Source of the DNA: Eledone cirrhosa
Taxonomy: Eukaryota
Direction of reading: 5' to 3'
Assembly: GCA_964016885.1 (NCBI GenBank)
Contig: OZ024740.1
Span: forward strand, 247,814,001-247,878,000
DNA: 64,000 nucleotides
Shown: positions 1 through 14,897 of the stretch, in pieces
Layout: every line of letters begins with the position of its first letter
How positions within the stretch are numbered: the first letter of the stretch is position 1
Translations under genes and position numbers: made by a program
Notes under the pieces: model-generated
What the model saw: only the letters and a program-made list of their open reading frames with translations
Databases searched by the model: none
What the model was told of the DNA's origin: nothing

Positions 1-99
1 AGTTTTCATAAAGACATGAGTTAACTTTAGGGGCAAACTGTCTTAGCCTTTTGCAGTGGAAAAGGATGTGAAACAGAGAGACCTTGATGCATCTACTCT

Positions 100-690
100 T
101 TGTGATATGTTTTGCTGCCATGCCCTATCATGCTTTACAAAACAACAATGAACGAGTATGTGTAAGACATCGTCTTTAATTTAGCAAGGATGAAATTTAA
201 GAGCAAAGTGTTCACTTCACAAATAAGAGACCTATTGTATATTGATGACTGTAGGTCAGTCATACTGAGCATGGATTGTAATTATTGATTTCTGCATTTG
301 ATTTGGCATGTGATATTTGGTTTGACTATAAATTTAAAGAAAACAGTTGTTTTGTGTCAACTTGCACTGGAACAAGTTGCGCAACAACCTAAAATGTATC
401 TGAAAGGTAATCTTCTTAAGGTTGTTGAATCCTTCATATATCTTGAGAGGTTGTGAATAAAGATGGAACGTTGGATCCAGAAATACCTCTAAGGATTCAA
501 AAGGCAGCAATATTTTTTGGTAGTTTAGAGTCTCGGGTTTGGTCACAAGAATGAAACAAAAATATCTGTTTATAGAGGTTTTGTATTATCCTCCCTTCTG
601 TAATCGTATGAAACCTGGACGTGTTACAAACATCACTTTAGACGTCTGGAACCATTCCGTCAAAAATGCTTACGCCATATTCTGGAAATA
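100..690 (+). pseudogene. Highly degenerate RTE-clade LINE RT fragment
   Basis: Sequence near 205-265 reads SKVFTSQIRDLLYIDDC, matching KVFTSIIRDLLYAVDC of the RTE at 47899-48537. Near 610-690 it reads ETWTCYKHHFRRLEPFRQKCLRHILEI, matching the RTE C-terminal region. Confidence 0.6.
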
Positions 691-1344
691 AATGTTGAGA
701 GATTAATTCTTAATTTTTTAAAACTATCATCCCTTTTGGGGAGTCGCTAACAACTGCCGCTGGGTTTTTGCTTTCTTTCTTAAGTTGAAAAGGAAACTTC
801 AACTCATTAGAAACGTTTTTGCGTATGGCATTCAGTAGATCACCCTTTAACTTTTATATATAGAGAGAATATTTAGGCTTTAGTTTAGCATGAGAGTAAA
901 TGAACTACATTACACTGGCTAATATATCCGACATTTTTCATTATTCTCGAGTTTGATTTAAAGGAGATCTGCTGGACGGGATTAAATCCCTTTCAGGCCC
1001 CTAAGCACTTAAAAGATTATGGTGTCCCGCACATTCCCCATGAATAAAGTTTGCAAATGATTTTGTTTGAAATGACAAACACATTTAATTTGAATAAAAG
1101 TATGCTGCTCTTCCCTTGATACCGTAATCATGCGTTCATTTTGCTTAATTATTAATCCAGCTCAAATCTGGTTACTATTTCTAACTGGTTGAGGCTACAG
1201 CGGGCATGGTCCCTCGTTGTTTCTATCCTTAAGTTTTGGGATTTATCAACTGTATTAAATTTAAGTTAATTGAATTTTATTCCAATAACTACATGTCCAT
1301 TGATTAGATTTAAACATTAAAACATAATCAATGTAAACTAGTAT

Positions 1345-1965
1345 ATCTTCTTCTTGCTCTTACTGGACGAGGCCGGGGTCATCCTAAACTAGTGATATCA
1401 GAAATATCATCGTACGTAGGACCACCAGCACCCTCAAAGGTGCCTACTATGATGCGGGAAACTGTGGACTGATGCGTTCGCGCACGTAACATTTTGTTGG
1501 AAATGTCGTGGCACCATCTGATATTTTTTTATGGTCCTCATGGCTCTGCAATCGAAGCTGTCGATTCTCTTTGCCAGAGTCTTTGTGAAGGGCCACATTT
1601 CTGCTCCATAGAGGAGAACGGAAAGGACCGATTCGTTGTAGATACGGAGCTTCGTTTTCTTGGAGATTGAGCAGTGGTGCCATAGGGAATACATGACCCC
1701 GGTAGGCAGGCCACATCTGCGGTTGATCTCAGAGGTCAGTTCTCCATTGTTGGTGACTATGGAGCCCAGGTAAATGAAGAAGCTGACAAATTCCATAGCG
1801 TCGGGGCCAATATGAAGCGGGGAAGGATCCGGGTCCTTGCCAACATGCATCAGCTTTGTCTTCGCCCAGCTTACCTGAAGACCAAACTTTGCTGATTTCT
1901 CCCGATATATGGCCAGTGCGTCTTTGAGCTGACAGATCGAATTACTGGCCTTGTCATGGTGAGGG
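1345..1965 (-). mobile_element. RTE LINE 3' fragment (RT thumb/C-terminus) with (AAG)-rich tail
   Basis: ORF 1434-2111 carries GLQVSWAKTKLM, FIYLGS and SVLLYGAEMW motifs. The minus strand ends in aagagcaagaagaag at ~1345. Confidence 0.8.
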
Positions 1966-1999
1966 GTCATGTGTGTTCCGTAAATCTGAGAGAGCGTTA

Positions 2000-2650
2000 C
2001 GTTCTGGTGCTTTGCTCCTGATAGAGCCACCCTAGACGGGCCGGTCTCCCGGGGAGATTCCAGACCAAGATGGCAGCCACATCGTCCGATTATTCTGCGG
2101 AGAGTCAACAAAATACGCTGGCCAGGCAGCGGGGATTATCTCGGGATACCACTGCCTCATCTCAAGTGGCCCTGAGGATAGGGCAGGCCTCTGCAGTGTG
2201 GCACTGGGCATGCTCAAGCACGTCTGCAAATCAATAATCAGCTGGAACCCAGTGAGTGACCGTTTGCTGTCCGCCCATCTTCTCCACCAGCATGGGAAGA
2301 TGACTATCATTGTTGCCTATTCCCCCACAGACACCACAGAGGATACTGTCAAGAACTTCTACAACTAGCTTCAACAGGTCTTGGACAAATCCCACCCCAT
2401 GAAATCATGATCATCCTGACAGATGCCATCGCTACCATCTCTTCTTCCACCAGGCTCTCTCCAACTGACCCATTGCAGACTCAGTCCATTGGCATAACCT
2501 TCACTGACCCATCCACCAATGACAGCGGTGATCACCTGCTGCTCCTCTGCTATTATAACAGTATGTGTATTACTGACACCTGGTTCCCTCACAAACTCAT
2601 CCATCAGTAAATCTGGTACAGTCTGGATGGTTACACCCAGAAGGCAATTG
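2000..2650 (+). mobile_element. RTE LINE 5' fragment (APE endonuclease), inverted relative to the RT fragment
   Basis: Translates to IRWPGSG, SIISWNPVSDRLLSAHL, IIVAYSPTD, FYN*LQQVLDK and ITDTWFPHKLIHQ*IWYS, all typical APE motifs. Confidence 0.75.
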
Positions 2651-3180
2651 GAGAAATAAAAGCTAAAATGTAATAAAATCAAGTTAAATTTAAATAAAAA
2701 TAAAATAAAATTAAATCCTTACCCAGAGTTGGGTCTTAAGAGTTGCTCAATATTAGATTCATATGGAATATAATATATAAAAATAGAGAGATTTCATATT
2801 ATGTAGCATGTATGTTTCTTTGTAGTTATTATAATACAAGAGAAGTAACTATATTGAATGTTAGGCAGTGAACGAATTTCATGGGTGGTGGATAATTAAA
2901 TATATAATTACTGGATGCTAAATGAGTGAAAGAGATAGGGAAATGCAATTAATGAATGTTGGTGTCAGGGCCTTTCTTCTCCATTACATCACAAAGCACT
3001 CAACTGTTAAAAGGAGCTGTATTCATTTACCGTCGAGCGCTTAGTGATACGTACATATATATATATATATATATACATGTATGCATTCATGTATGTATGC
3101 ATTCGTGTATGTATGTATGTATGTATGTATGTATGCATGTATGTATGCATGTATGTATGTCTGTACATATGTATGCGTAG

Positions 3181-3735
3181 ATGATGGCTGCCCCCTCGTT
3201 ATCGAGTATGGCCATTGCACGTTATACCTTTATTGGCAGTATCGGTAGAGGGTCGGACGCCATGCTTTGCAGCATAGTTAGGTCCTTTTACGGTCTGAGT
3301 TCAAATCCCGTCTAGGTTAACTTTGCCTTTCATCCTTACGGGGTCGATAAAATAAAGTACCAGTAATGCACTGGGCTAATTGCTGGCCTCGTGCTAAAAG
3401 TAGAAAGAATTATTAATAATTATTAATTAATTGTTTCTACATTAGGCATAATTATTAATTAATGCTATCGTGTAATGCCTGTGCGTGAAGATATTTGTTA
3501 AAGTGACGAAAGACTGTGCACTGAGCCAATCCCACTCTCTGAGCGACAGTAGCTATAACCTGAAAAGAAGAAAATATCAACATCATTGAGCCGCAGGTTT
3601 TATATCGGAGTTATCCCAGTTTCATGAGTTGCCTTCTCCTAGAAGAATGCCCTGACAAAGGCTAGGAGTCCTTCACTCCCAGTGGTTTAACCGCGCGATC
3701 GGGTGTCCAGCCCGACTATTTCTATGTCCCCGTGC
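3181..3735 (-). mobile_element. Non-autonomous bipartite RTE-derived element (5'UTR + 3' stem-loop), interrupted by a SINE
   Basis: Near-identical to 17968-18322 and 52140-52442. The 3' end cgtgcaatggccatactcgataacgagggggcagccatcat carries a CTCG-ATAA-CGAG hairpin and is followed by a microsatellite tail. Confidence 0.7.
3233..3416 (+). mobile_element. tRNA-derived SINE
   Basis: A box tggcagtatcgg, B box gagttcaaatcc, central gcctttcatccttacggggtcgataaaataaagtacc and ATT-rich tail. Many copies in the window. Confidence 0.9.
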
Positions 3736-3846
3736 ATATACATACATACATACATATTAACATACATGCATGCATACATACATACATACATACATACATA
3801 CATACATACATACATACATACATACATACATACATACATACATACA

Positions 3847-4453
3847 TGGTGGCTGCCAACTCGTTTTCGAGTACGGCCACTACTTTATATCCATGTAGGA
3901 GAACCCCTACCGATGCGCTGAACGAGTGTGACCTTTTAGTCCAGCCAGCGACTTGAGAACTCTGGTACAAACACTACACTTGTGACAAGTATTGACACAT
4001 AGTGCTGGGCCCATGGTACCATGTGATGACAAGTGCAGAGAGATCTCCAGATATAAAGCAATGCCTGTGCCGTGAAGCTTTTATAGTGAGCAAAGGCACT
4101 GCACAAAGCCAGTCCCACTCTCTTAACCAAGATGATATTTACCAAAAAGAAGAACAAGTCAACATCATTGGATACCATCAGAGTTGCAGGTGTTATATCA
4201 GAGTTTTCCTTCTCCTAGAATTCTGCCTTGACAAAGGCTAAGGGGTCATCTCTCCCGGTGATTTTGGATGGCCATTGACTCTTAAGAGCTCCTTTGCCCT
4301 TTGACAGGTTTTGTTTTTAGTCCTGCAGGATGTCCAAAGTCACCCTCCACACCAAGAAACCTTGGTGGGGTTGCCAGTTTAGTCGCCAACGACCCGACCA
4401 TGAGACAGGTTGTACTGGGATACATGTTACCAGTAGCACCAACTGGTGACCTG
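3847..4453 (-). mobile_element. Diverged bipartite RTE derivative retaining a C2H2 finger remnant
   Basis: 3' hairpin ctcg-aaaa-cgag. The minus strand encodes CSVCTRVLKSLAGLKGHTRSAH. The 5' head matches 17790-17947. Confidence 0.65.
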
Positions 4454-4479
4454 ACATACATACATGCATACATACGTAC

Positions 4480-4720
4480 ATGATGGCTGTATCTCGATTT
4501 CTAGAATTGTCTTCACTTTTTCGGCTACGGCCAGCCATGTTCATGCAACTCGCGTGAAAGATGTTTAGATCAAGTGGTGCTTGAAGCTTTTTTTAAAATG
4601 ATTTCACTGGATCAATCTCACTCTCTGAACAAAGATCAATATCATTGGCTCCCATCATGTCGTAGGTTTTTAATTAGTTTTCCTTCTCCTACAATGATGC
4701 CCTAACAAGGAGTAAGGGTC
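4480..4720 (-). mobile_element. Third, more diverged RTE-derived short element
   Basis: Same order of blocks (taggagaaggaaaact ... agagagtgagattg ... cagccatcat), flanked by (ACAT)n. Confidence 0.5.
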
Positions 4721-5350
4721 TATACATACATCAAATTTTTCTATATATTAGAAACCGTCTCTCTCTCTAATGGTGAAAGATTAATTTTTAAAAATAAAAG
4801 CATGCACCATATACGTTTATGCGAGTGACTGCGTGTATATTTTAATTTGTTTTGAACATTCAAACGTATTTTTTCCCCTTGTGTTTTTCACCAGTCGTTA
4901 CTTGGTGTTCCTTTTATCTTTCAGACATTTTCGCAACCCCTGTCTTTCTATGTCAATGGAAGTAGCTTTTAACAAGTTACTTGATACTTCGCAATTATTT
5001 TCCTCCCTTTTGCTAAAGTTTTTTCAGCATATTTATTTATTTATTTACTAATCTATTCCTTCTTTTTACACACACATATATATGTATATATGTTTATTGT
5101 GTATATATATATATATGTATATGTATATATGTTTATATGCATGTATGCATGTATGTATGTATATATATATATATATATTTAAATTCCTACCGCAGCTTGC
5201 TTTTTTCAATACAAGTCATTTTTTTATTCCTTATTTCCCTAATACCAACAATTAGAAGAATGAACGGGAAACAGAGAGGGAGAGGGAGAGAAAGTGACAG
5301 GCGAACTGAGATATTTATAACTTAAAACTTTGTTAAGCCTGAAATAAACT

Positions 5351-5457
5351 AGCAGCAGCAGCAGCAGCAGAAGAAGAAGAAGAAGAAGAAGAAGAAGAAG
5401 AAGAAGAAGAAGAAGAAGAAGAAGAAGAAGAAGAAGAAGAAGAAGAAGAAGAAGAAG
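5351..5457. repeat. (AGC)n(AGA)n microsatellite
   Basis: Direct reading. Confidence 0.95.
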
Positions 5458-5648
5458 ATAATTAAATATAGAAACTTACCATGCCTATATCCAAACCTGT
5501 AATTTCTTATAGGTTGCAAACCCTCGAATTTTTAAGATTTATTTTTCATCACTAATCGGCAATTGCAAATTTTGTTTTACTTCTGAAATATAAATCTCAA
5601 TCCGATGCTTCCATATGTCTCCGTAAGGATGACAGACAAAGTTAACCT

Positions 5649-5764
5649 TCAAATCCCGCCGAGGTTAACTTTGCCTTTCATCCTTACGGAGTCGATAAAA
5701 TAAAGTACCAGTAATGCACTGAGGTAATTGCTGGCCTTGTGCCAAAAGTAGAAACAATTATTAT
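5649..5764 (+). mobile_element. tRNA-derived SINE, 5'-truncated
   Basis: Matches the 3' two-thirds of the SINE at 3233. Confidence 0.85.
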
Positions 5765-6099
5765 GATGGGTCTCCACCTGAAAGTTTTCGCTCCAGAATG
5801 CAGGCCTTGACAAGGTTTTTTGTGGGGAGGGGTGAGCATTTCTTATCCATGCATGCATTTTTCTCTTCTCCATGCTACCAATGCTGTCCAACAAAATCTC
5901 CGAAAAGCAGGAATCTAAAAGAAAAATCCCCATGTAAACAGCCTTGCCAATTCATTGTCCATATATATTGATGTTTCATCAAAACTAAAACCTAGCTTGA
6001 AACAGGAAATATAGCCAGTAGTGATGCCAAGCAAAGTTGCTATTGAATTATTAAATTATTTTTTCTAATGCTTTCAGTTCTCTCCGATTTTATTTATTA

Positions 6100-7745
<1,646 letters not shown>

Positions 7746-7780
7746 GCTATATCTCTATAGATAGATAGATCAATAGTACA

Positions 7781-7995
7781 AGGGCGGTGGATTGGCATTA
7801 TCGATAGAACGTCAGCCAAAATACTTTGCAGTATTTAGTTACAGTCTAAGTTCAAATTCTGCCGAAGTCAACTTATCGTTTCATACTTCCGGGGTCGATA
7901 AAATAATGTACCAGTTAATTACTACTATCGATCAATCGACTTTACCTTTCCCTCGAAATTGCTGGTCTTGTTCCTAAATTAGAAACCATTATTAA
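7781..7995 (+). mobile_element. tRNA-derived SINE, older subfamily
   Basis: Diverged A/B boxes and central ggggtcgataaaataatgtaccag. Confidence 0.75.
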
Positions 7996-9874
7996 CAGTA
8001 CGTATTCAAAACCGGATTATAGGAGTTTCAGAAACGTGGGTTTCCTTATTTAGGAGGTCAAACTTGTATTATAAGGCAATCAAATAAAATAATATTTGGA
8101 GATTTTTGCCAAATGCTCCAAAGTCAGGCTCAGAACTTTAGGAATCTTAATAATTTGAACAGCACAACTGAATATTAATTCTTTTAACTTTGAGGGGTGC
8201 TTCTTTTATTTTACCTTAACTTTTTAGTATTTCTAACATGAAATCAAATGATTGAGACAGTCTCAAACATGGTTACTTGACCTGGTAAAATATGTTTAAA
8301 TCTGCCATCTTTTAAAAAGGGAAACATGAACACACAGGCGTATTTTAAGACAAACTATGTTTAAGATAACGGTATAGTCATGGCTAAAAATGCCTCTCAT
8401 TAGAAATCTGCAAGATTAATGTTCTTATGAAGGCTAAATAATAGCTAGAACAGCAACATCTAACCCTGAACCACACACGATTTTCTAAAAATCGTGGAAC
8501 CCATAAATATATCTTACTAACGATCTCCCACCCCTCATTTTATTAACATATTAAGCGAAACAAAAATTGTTTTGGGGGTGAATTGATTAAAAACATAATA
8601 ATTTGTTTATTAAATTTTTTTTTATCTTGTACAACTCCTGAATGGTTTCGTGGAACTTGTTTTGGGAAACACTGCTTTAGCTCGACAAACCATGCCTAAT
8701 TTGATCAGCAACCAAAATATTTATATGTGGGAGTGTTTGTGTGTACATGTCATTATGAGTATGCATGTGTCTGCATGTTTGTTTTGCATGTGTAAGAGAG
8801 CGTGTACAGGTGCTGGAAACTGCTTATTTGCTGTGTTAACTTGTTTTTAACTTTACACGGGGAAAATATAAACGAGAAAACCAGTTACTACTTAACCACC
8901 TACCATACTGCCGGAAAGCAAACTACTATTACATACGTTCAAGATGTAAAACCTCTTACTTTTTTTATGTTTTTAGCATTTTATATTCCAATTTGAAATA
9001 AAAAGAAAACTATTTACAACCAGCTTCCAAAACTTTTGATATCTTCATCTTCGAAAATATAACGAAAAATAGAAATAAAAATGTAAACAAAACTTCCAAA
9101 ATATTATATGGTTAATTCTCTCGAAATAAAGTAAACTTTTAGATGGTTAACTGTTGTTTTTAATCACAATTCAGCTATGGTTATTCTATGATCAACCCTG
9201 AAATATGACCTATGATACTGACCTATCATCAGCCTTGATCTATCTACAATCAGTGACCTATGATTCTTACTTATGACCTATAATCCTGACAGCCCTGATC
9301 GACCTATGATCTATGACTTATGACCTATGATAAAAAAAAAGCATTCCAACCATAGCCTTCTCTCATAGATTAGGTGTATACTCCGGACTGTATTATGTAA
9401 TGTGTCCCCAAAGACAGTAGTGATATGATTTGAGGGAAATGTGGCTGTTATTTATATTAAGTAGATTGACCACGTAAGTAACTCTCAGTTGATAAATACA
9501 TTTAATGATCGCCATATACACGGTTACTTGTATAATTTTAATAGGATTTCTGTATCATTTCATCCCAAATATTTGGTCAACAGAACCTATTGCATTATAT
9601 ATTAAAGGAAGGCGAAGTATAGTAAAATCATTGGAGAATCGGATAAATATTTAGTGATGAGCGGTTGTGCTAATTACTTTCGCGGGACCTCTGAGACTGA
9701 TGAGTGTGATGTGATTTATGTTCCGATTGAGTAAGTTACTTCCCTTTTGTGTTCTGGTTTCATCTTTCCCGGGGATCGATAAAATAAGTGCCATTTCCGT
9801 AACTAAGGTGATAGCGACTGTATACCCTCGTAGACTGAACATTGGTGGTCATCCCTCTATCTTGTAAATCATAG

Positions 9875-10068
9875 GGTACTGGATTGACAGTATTGGTAGA
9901 GGGTCGGACGCCATGCTTTGACGCATAGAGTTACGGCCCTTGCCATTCTGAGTTCAATTCCCACCGGGGTTAACTTTGCCTTTCATCCTTACGGGGTCGA
10001 TAAAATAAAGTACTAGTAATACACTGGCATAATTGCTGGCCTTGTGCCAAAAGTAGAAACAATTATTA
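9875..10068 (+). mobile_element. tRNA-derived SINE
   Basis: Full-length match to the 3233 copy. Confidence 0.9.
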
Positions 10069-10772
10069 TATGTAACCAAGGATGTTGGATTTACAGAATC
10101 TTTAGAGCGTCGAACAAAATGTCTTACTGTATTTAGTTACACAATAGTTCAAATCCTCTTCTGAGTACCTACTGCCCAGGGAGACATTAGTTAAAAACAT
10201 ATTATTACTACCGACTAAATTAAATCGGATATACTGATTTGCAGATATAATGCATTCGTTAAAGTTAGTTCAATTAATAAATTATTAGTGCATTTCAATA
10301 CAATACTATACAAATCTACACTATAAAATATATCATTACATATTTTAAACAACACTGCATACAATAGGCAGCTGTAAATACCATGTTATATATAATACCT
10401 TCATTGACAAAAAAAGAGAGATCAGTGGTTTTAGTTTCAATCATGTATTGAGATTTCATTAGCGACCTCAACTGTATGCAGGGAGATTGCTTATAAACCC
10501 GTTCTTACTATAAGAGTTTATGCAAATTGTATTAACTTTATCTGCATATTTTAACGTATCCGTAACAGGTTGTTCCATTGATAAATTACTGGTCTGTTAG
10601 CAATGTTTTGTGTTGCTACTCTAATTACTGTACTTTCAAATATATCTGCGGATTTTAGTCAATATTGTATGCAATAGAAAGATTAGACACTTTGTGATTG
10701 GTGAAAGGATGAGGTGGTCGGACTAGTTTCCAGCTTTGTTGGAATTTCCTCAGCGACTGAGACAACAATTGT

Positions 10773-10821
<49 letters not shown>

Positions 10822-11556
10822 CGCGTGTGCGTATAACCAAATTGTACATAGCCATTTTGATCCCAAAACAACGGTCATTTTCTTATTTTATGCATAAGCC
10901 TCTTAATATTCAACATTTTCGAGTAAATTTCCGCAAAATATCCAGACACAACAACAGGTCGTCTTCTTGTATAAAAGAGATGGGTCCACCATCTCCCTCT
11001 CTCTCTCCCTGCCTCCCTATGTGTCTGTCTATCTGTCTGTATGTCTATTTATCTATCTGTCTTTCACGTTTACATATCGCTCTCATCACAAAGTCACATC
11101 GTTAATTGTTCAGTTGACATATTCACTTCATCTATACTAAATTTCTGTAGTTCACAAGTTTTGCTTCATCAGCTTATTATGATTATCCTTTGTTAACCAT
11201 TGGATTTCCGTCGATTATTCGAAGATATAACGTAATTTTCAAATCAATTATTTATAAGATGATAAAACTCTGTTTTATACACAAACATGTTCTTTTTCTC
11301 TACTGTTACCCCCCAAACATCGCTTTGGCCAGCCTTGTCATCAAACCAAAATAACGAGAGTGGAATGATGTCTTATTTGGGACTTTTCCACGTGGTATCC
11401 ACTTGTTGTTGGATCTAACTCAACTTAGCCAAAATGACATCAATCTAATATCATCAAAGCCTCATTACAACCAAACAATCTAACATTTTTCATTTCATTT
11501 ATTACAACACGTTATATATACACATATATATATATATGTGTGTGTGTGTGTGTATA

Positions 11557-11737
11557 CAGAGTGTATCAAAAAAGCTATATTTATTTTAATAAATGACCAT
11601 ATAATCATGCGGTAACGTCTGAATATAAGATTTTATTCTTTTTTTATAACGCTTAAACATTTTTATAAAGTTATTTACATATTGACCATTTATAAACATT
11701 GTAAATGAAATCCGATGATTATTTTTGATACACCCTG
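11557..11737. mobile_element. Tc1/mariner-type MITE
   Basis: TIRs cagagtgtatcaaaaa / tttttgatacaccctg, TA on both sides. Confidence 0.75.
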
Positions 11738-12305
11738 TAAATATGTGTGTGAGTGTGTGTGTGTGAGTGCGCGTACGCGCGTGCGTGTGTGTGTGAGAGT
11801 ACGCGCGCACGTGTTTGTGTGTGAATACAGGTACAAATGAAGGAAAAAACTAATTAACACATAGACGTCTTGAAACCGTTGATAATGCAGAGTTAAGTCG
11901 AACTGTTTATATATATATATATATACATATAATTATATGTCGCACGTCATTCGTGGAAATGAACTTTGAAAATATCTCGTTTCATCTAAATGCAATATAT
12001 TCCAGGCAAGTAAACATAATCTTCACAGACTATTTCGTTACGTTCGTTTGTTTCGCTGGAAAATGTTACATAAAAATAATTACTTAGTCATTTCATACCA
12101 GGAATTCATACACAGTTTACTGGAGTGAAAAGAAGCTGGTTACAGATTTAGACAAAATGATGAAAAAAAAATTATGTGGCTGAATCCAGTAACTTTGTCT
12201 GTATCTTCATAGTTAACTCATAAGAATTTTAAGGCTAATTCTAAAGTATTTATTTTACACATTTTGGGTAGTTTTTTTCTATATCGGCATAGTAAAGACT
12301 ATAAT

Positions 12306-12490
12306 TGTTTCTACTTTTGGCACAAGGCCAGCAATTACCCCAGTGTATTACTGGTACTTTATTTTATAGACCCCGTAAGGATGAAAGGCAAAGTTAACCT
12401 CGGCGGGATTTGAACTCAGAATGGAAAAGACCGTAACTCTTTGCGTCAAAGCATGACCCTCTACCGATACTGCCAATCCACCATATCCAC
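12306..12490 (-). mobile_element. tRNA-derived SINE with 18-bp TSD
   Basis: TSD catagtaaa(g/a)actataat at 12288-12305 and 12491-12508. Confidence 0.9.
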
Positions 12491-12617
12491 CATAGTAAAA
12501 ACTATAATGTTAAGTAAAAATGCTTCTTGGAGATACTGACATTTTGGCGGCCATATTTCTAACAAAAATAGAGTATTTGATAGTCTATAAGACACACCTC
12601 AATTTAGGCACGCATTA

Positions 12618-12796
12618 CAGACCTGTCAACTCTCTTCGTCGGGCGGGGAAATCTCCCCGTTTTGGCTCATTTCTCACCGTTTTTGTTAAAATGGGTATAG
12701 CTTTCATTATGTAAAATCTCCCCATTTTGCTTCATTTCTCCTGATTTGGAGCAGTTTTTTTCATGGTATTGGGTTTTTTGAAAGTTGGCAGGTCTG
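12618..12796. mobile_element. MITE with 13-bp TIR and 6-bp flanking direct repeat
   Basis: TIR cagacctgtcaac / gttggcaggtctg; gcatta on both flanks. Confidence 0.6.
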
Positions 12797-13264
12797 GCAT
12801 TATAAAATAAATGTGTTTAAAACTATGAATGTCAAGTGAAGGGTATAAAGTTTATACATCGTATTTTTTATTATCATTCTACATAATACTTCTAGCTGTA
12901 ATATTTTAGTACATAAGGAAGTATGAAAATAAATTAAGTAATTTTTGTTGAAATATTTAGTGCATTTTTAAAGCAAAACAAATTGCAAATAAATTTATTT
13001 TATTCATCATAAAATTTATTAAAATTGCAGCTTTTTTTTAGAAAAGAGTTGCCATTGTTGATATAAAAGTGATCGCCATCTTGTTTACATTTTTGGAGAT
13101 GTTTGCAGTTTAATTCAGGGGTCACTGTAGCACTAGAACTGTAACCCAAACTGACCCTTGACCTTCAAGACGCAAAGTGTATTTGTGTTTTAGTTATTAC
13201 AGTAATCAATAATTATGAAAGATTACGAGCTTACAACTTCATAATGTTTTTTGTGTTTGTTTTT

Positions 13265-13473
13265 ATTTAGGCACAAGACCAGCAATTTGCTGGGAGAGGA
13301 AAGTCGATCATACCGACTCCAGTTCTTGACTGGTACTATATTTTTTTCAGCCCCGGAAAGATGAAAGGCAAAGTTAACCTTGCCAGGATTTAAACTTAGA
13401 ACTTAAAGGGTCATAAATATATGCCATAAAGCATGTTGCCCAACGCTCTACCAATACTGCCAATCAATCACCC
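13265..13473 (-). mobile_element. tRNA-derived SINE, older subfamily
   Basis: Reverse-complement match to the SINE central block. Confidence 0.8.
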
Positions 13474-14712
13474 TGTAGTCACCGTAATAATAAAAGAAAA
13501 TTATTTAACTAGTGAAATTTTATATTATCTGCTATATAGTAATGACATTTCAGTCCAAGATTTAAATTTACATTTGACTTTAATTGTGGTGGTTTCCGGT
13601 GTGTTTGTGTTTAAATGGTTTAAATAATGCAATTAGACCAAGGGGGTTGCAATAAAAACTGAAATGTTATTTATCACAGACATATTGTCTACTGTATATT
13701 TCTTGTCTTGCGATATTTAATTACGACCTATTTTATTCTCAAATCCCGCTTTCATTAATCCAAAGTCGATAATATAGAGTATCAGTCGACACCCCATAAT
13801 CATTCATTGCTGCGATAATAAAAACACAAAGGTAGTATAGTTTTGTTAGAAATACTTTTACAAAAGGATAAATCGACTGGCACATTGTCCCAGATTTCTA
13901 ACATTTTATAAATCATTGTTATAAGTAAACAAGGGGGGTGGTTTAGCAGAAACGTGAGAGCGAGCGTTGGTTAAAAGTCCAGCGGACATAATTCAAGGGA
14001 CGGTAACAGGCGTTCCGCGGCCCACAAGTAGCTCGGATAGACTGATTTACATAAATCTTTACAGAGTCTTTTCACGATTATTTAGTCTTTTTACGATTGT
14101 TCTCCGCAGCTAAGCTTTCGTCATTTTGTCCACAGGATGCTGCTGACATATACCGCCAAAACTGGGGTATAGACTCTGCCGCTTTCCCCTCCCCATATAT
14201 TCTTTTTTTCATCTTTTTTTTTTTTTTGTAAACATTATATAATTTGAAATTTGTTGAATAAAAGTCTAAACTTTACTGTCGTTTATTGGAGTGAAAACCG
14301 GAGGATTAACAATTTAGATAACATGGTGACAAAAATATGTTGCCGGATCCTAAAACCTCGTCTGATATTTTCACAATTTTTTCCTAAGAATTTTAACACC
14401 AATTCTAAAGTATTTATTTTAAGCACTTTTTCGTGGTGTATTTTTTTATAATTTGTTCTACAGCAGCATAGTAACAATTCATTCTATTCTAAGTTATAAT
14501 GGTTCCAGAGGAGATTGACATTGATATATTTAAAATAAGAAAACACATACTCATGTGATTGCCATAAATACAGGAATGTTGTTTATCATACACTTATTTA
14601 TCGCAACACAAACAGATTCAGCATCTTGTATATTCGCTTAATTCTCTGTTATTTTATTATAAAGTAAATATTACCCTGTCGATTACTTTAGAAAACAGAA
14701 ATCTCTAATCTC

Positions 14713-14759
<47 letters not shown>

Positions 14760-14760
14760 A

Positions 14761-14860
<100 letters not shown>

Positions 14861-14897
14861 ATATGTATATATGGGTGTGTATATATATATATATGTA

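Noticed and set aside
8000-14700. Host gene exons in the less repetitive stretch
   Set aside because: No convincing coding signal. Small exons cannot be excluded without RNA data.
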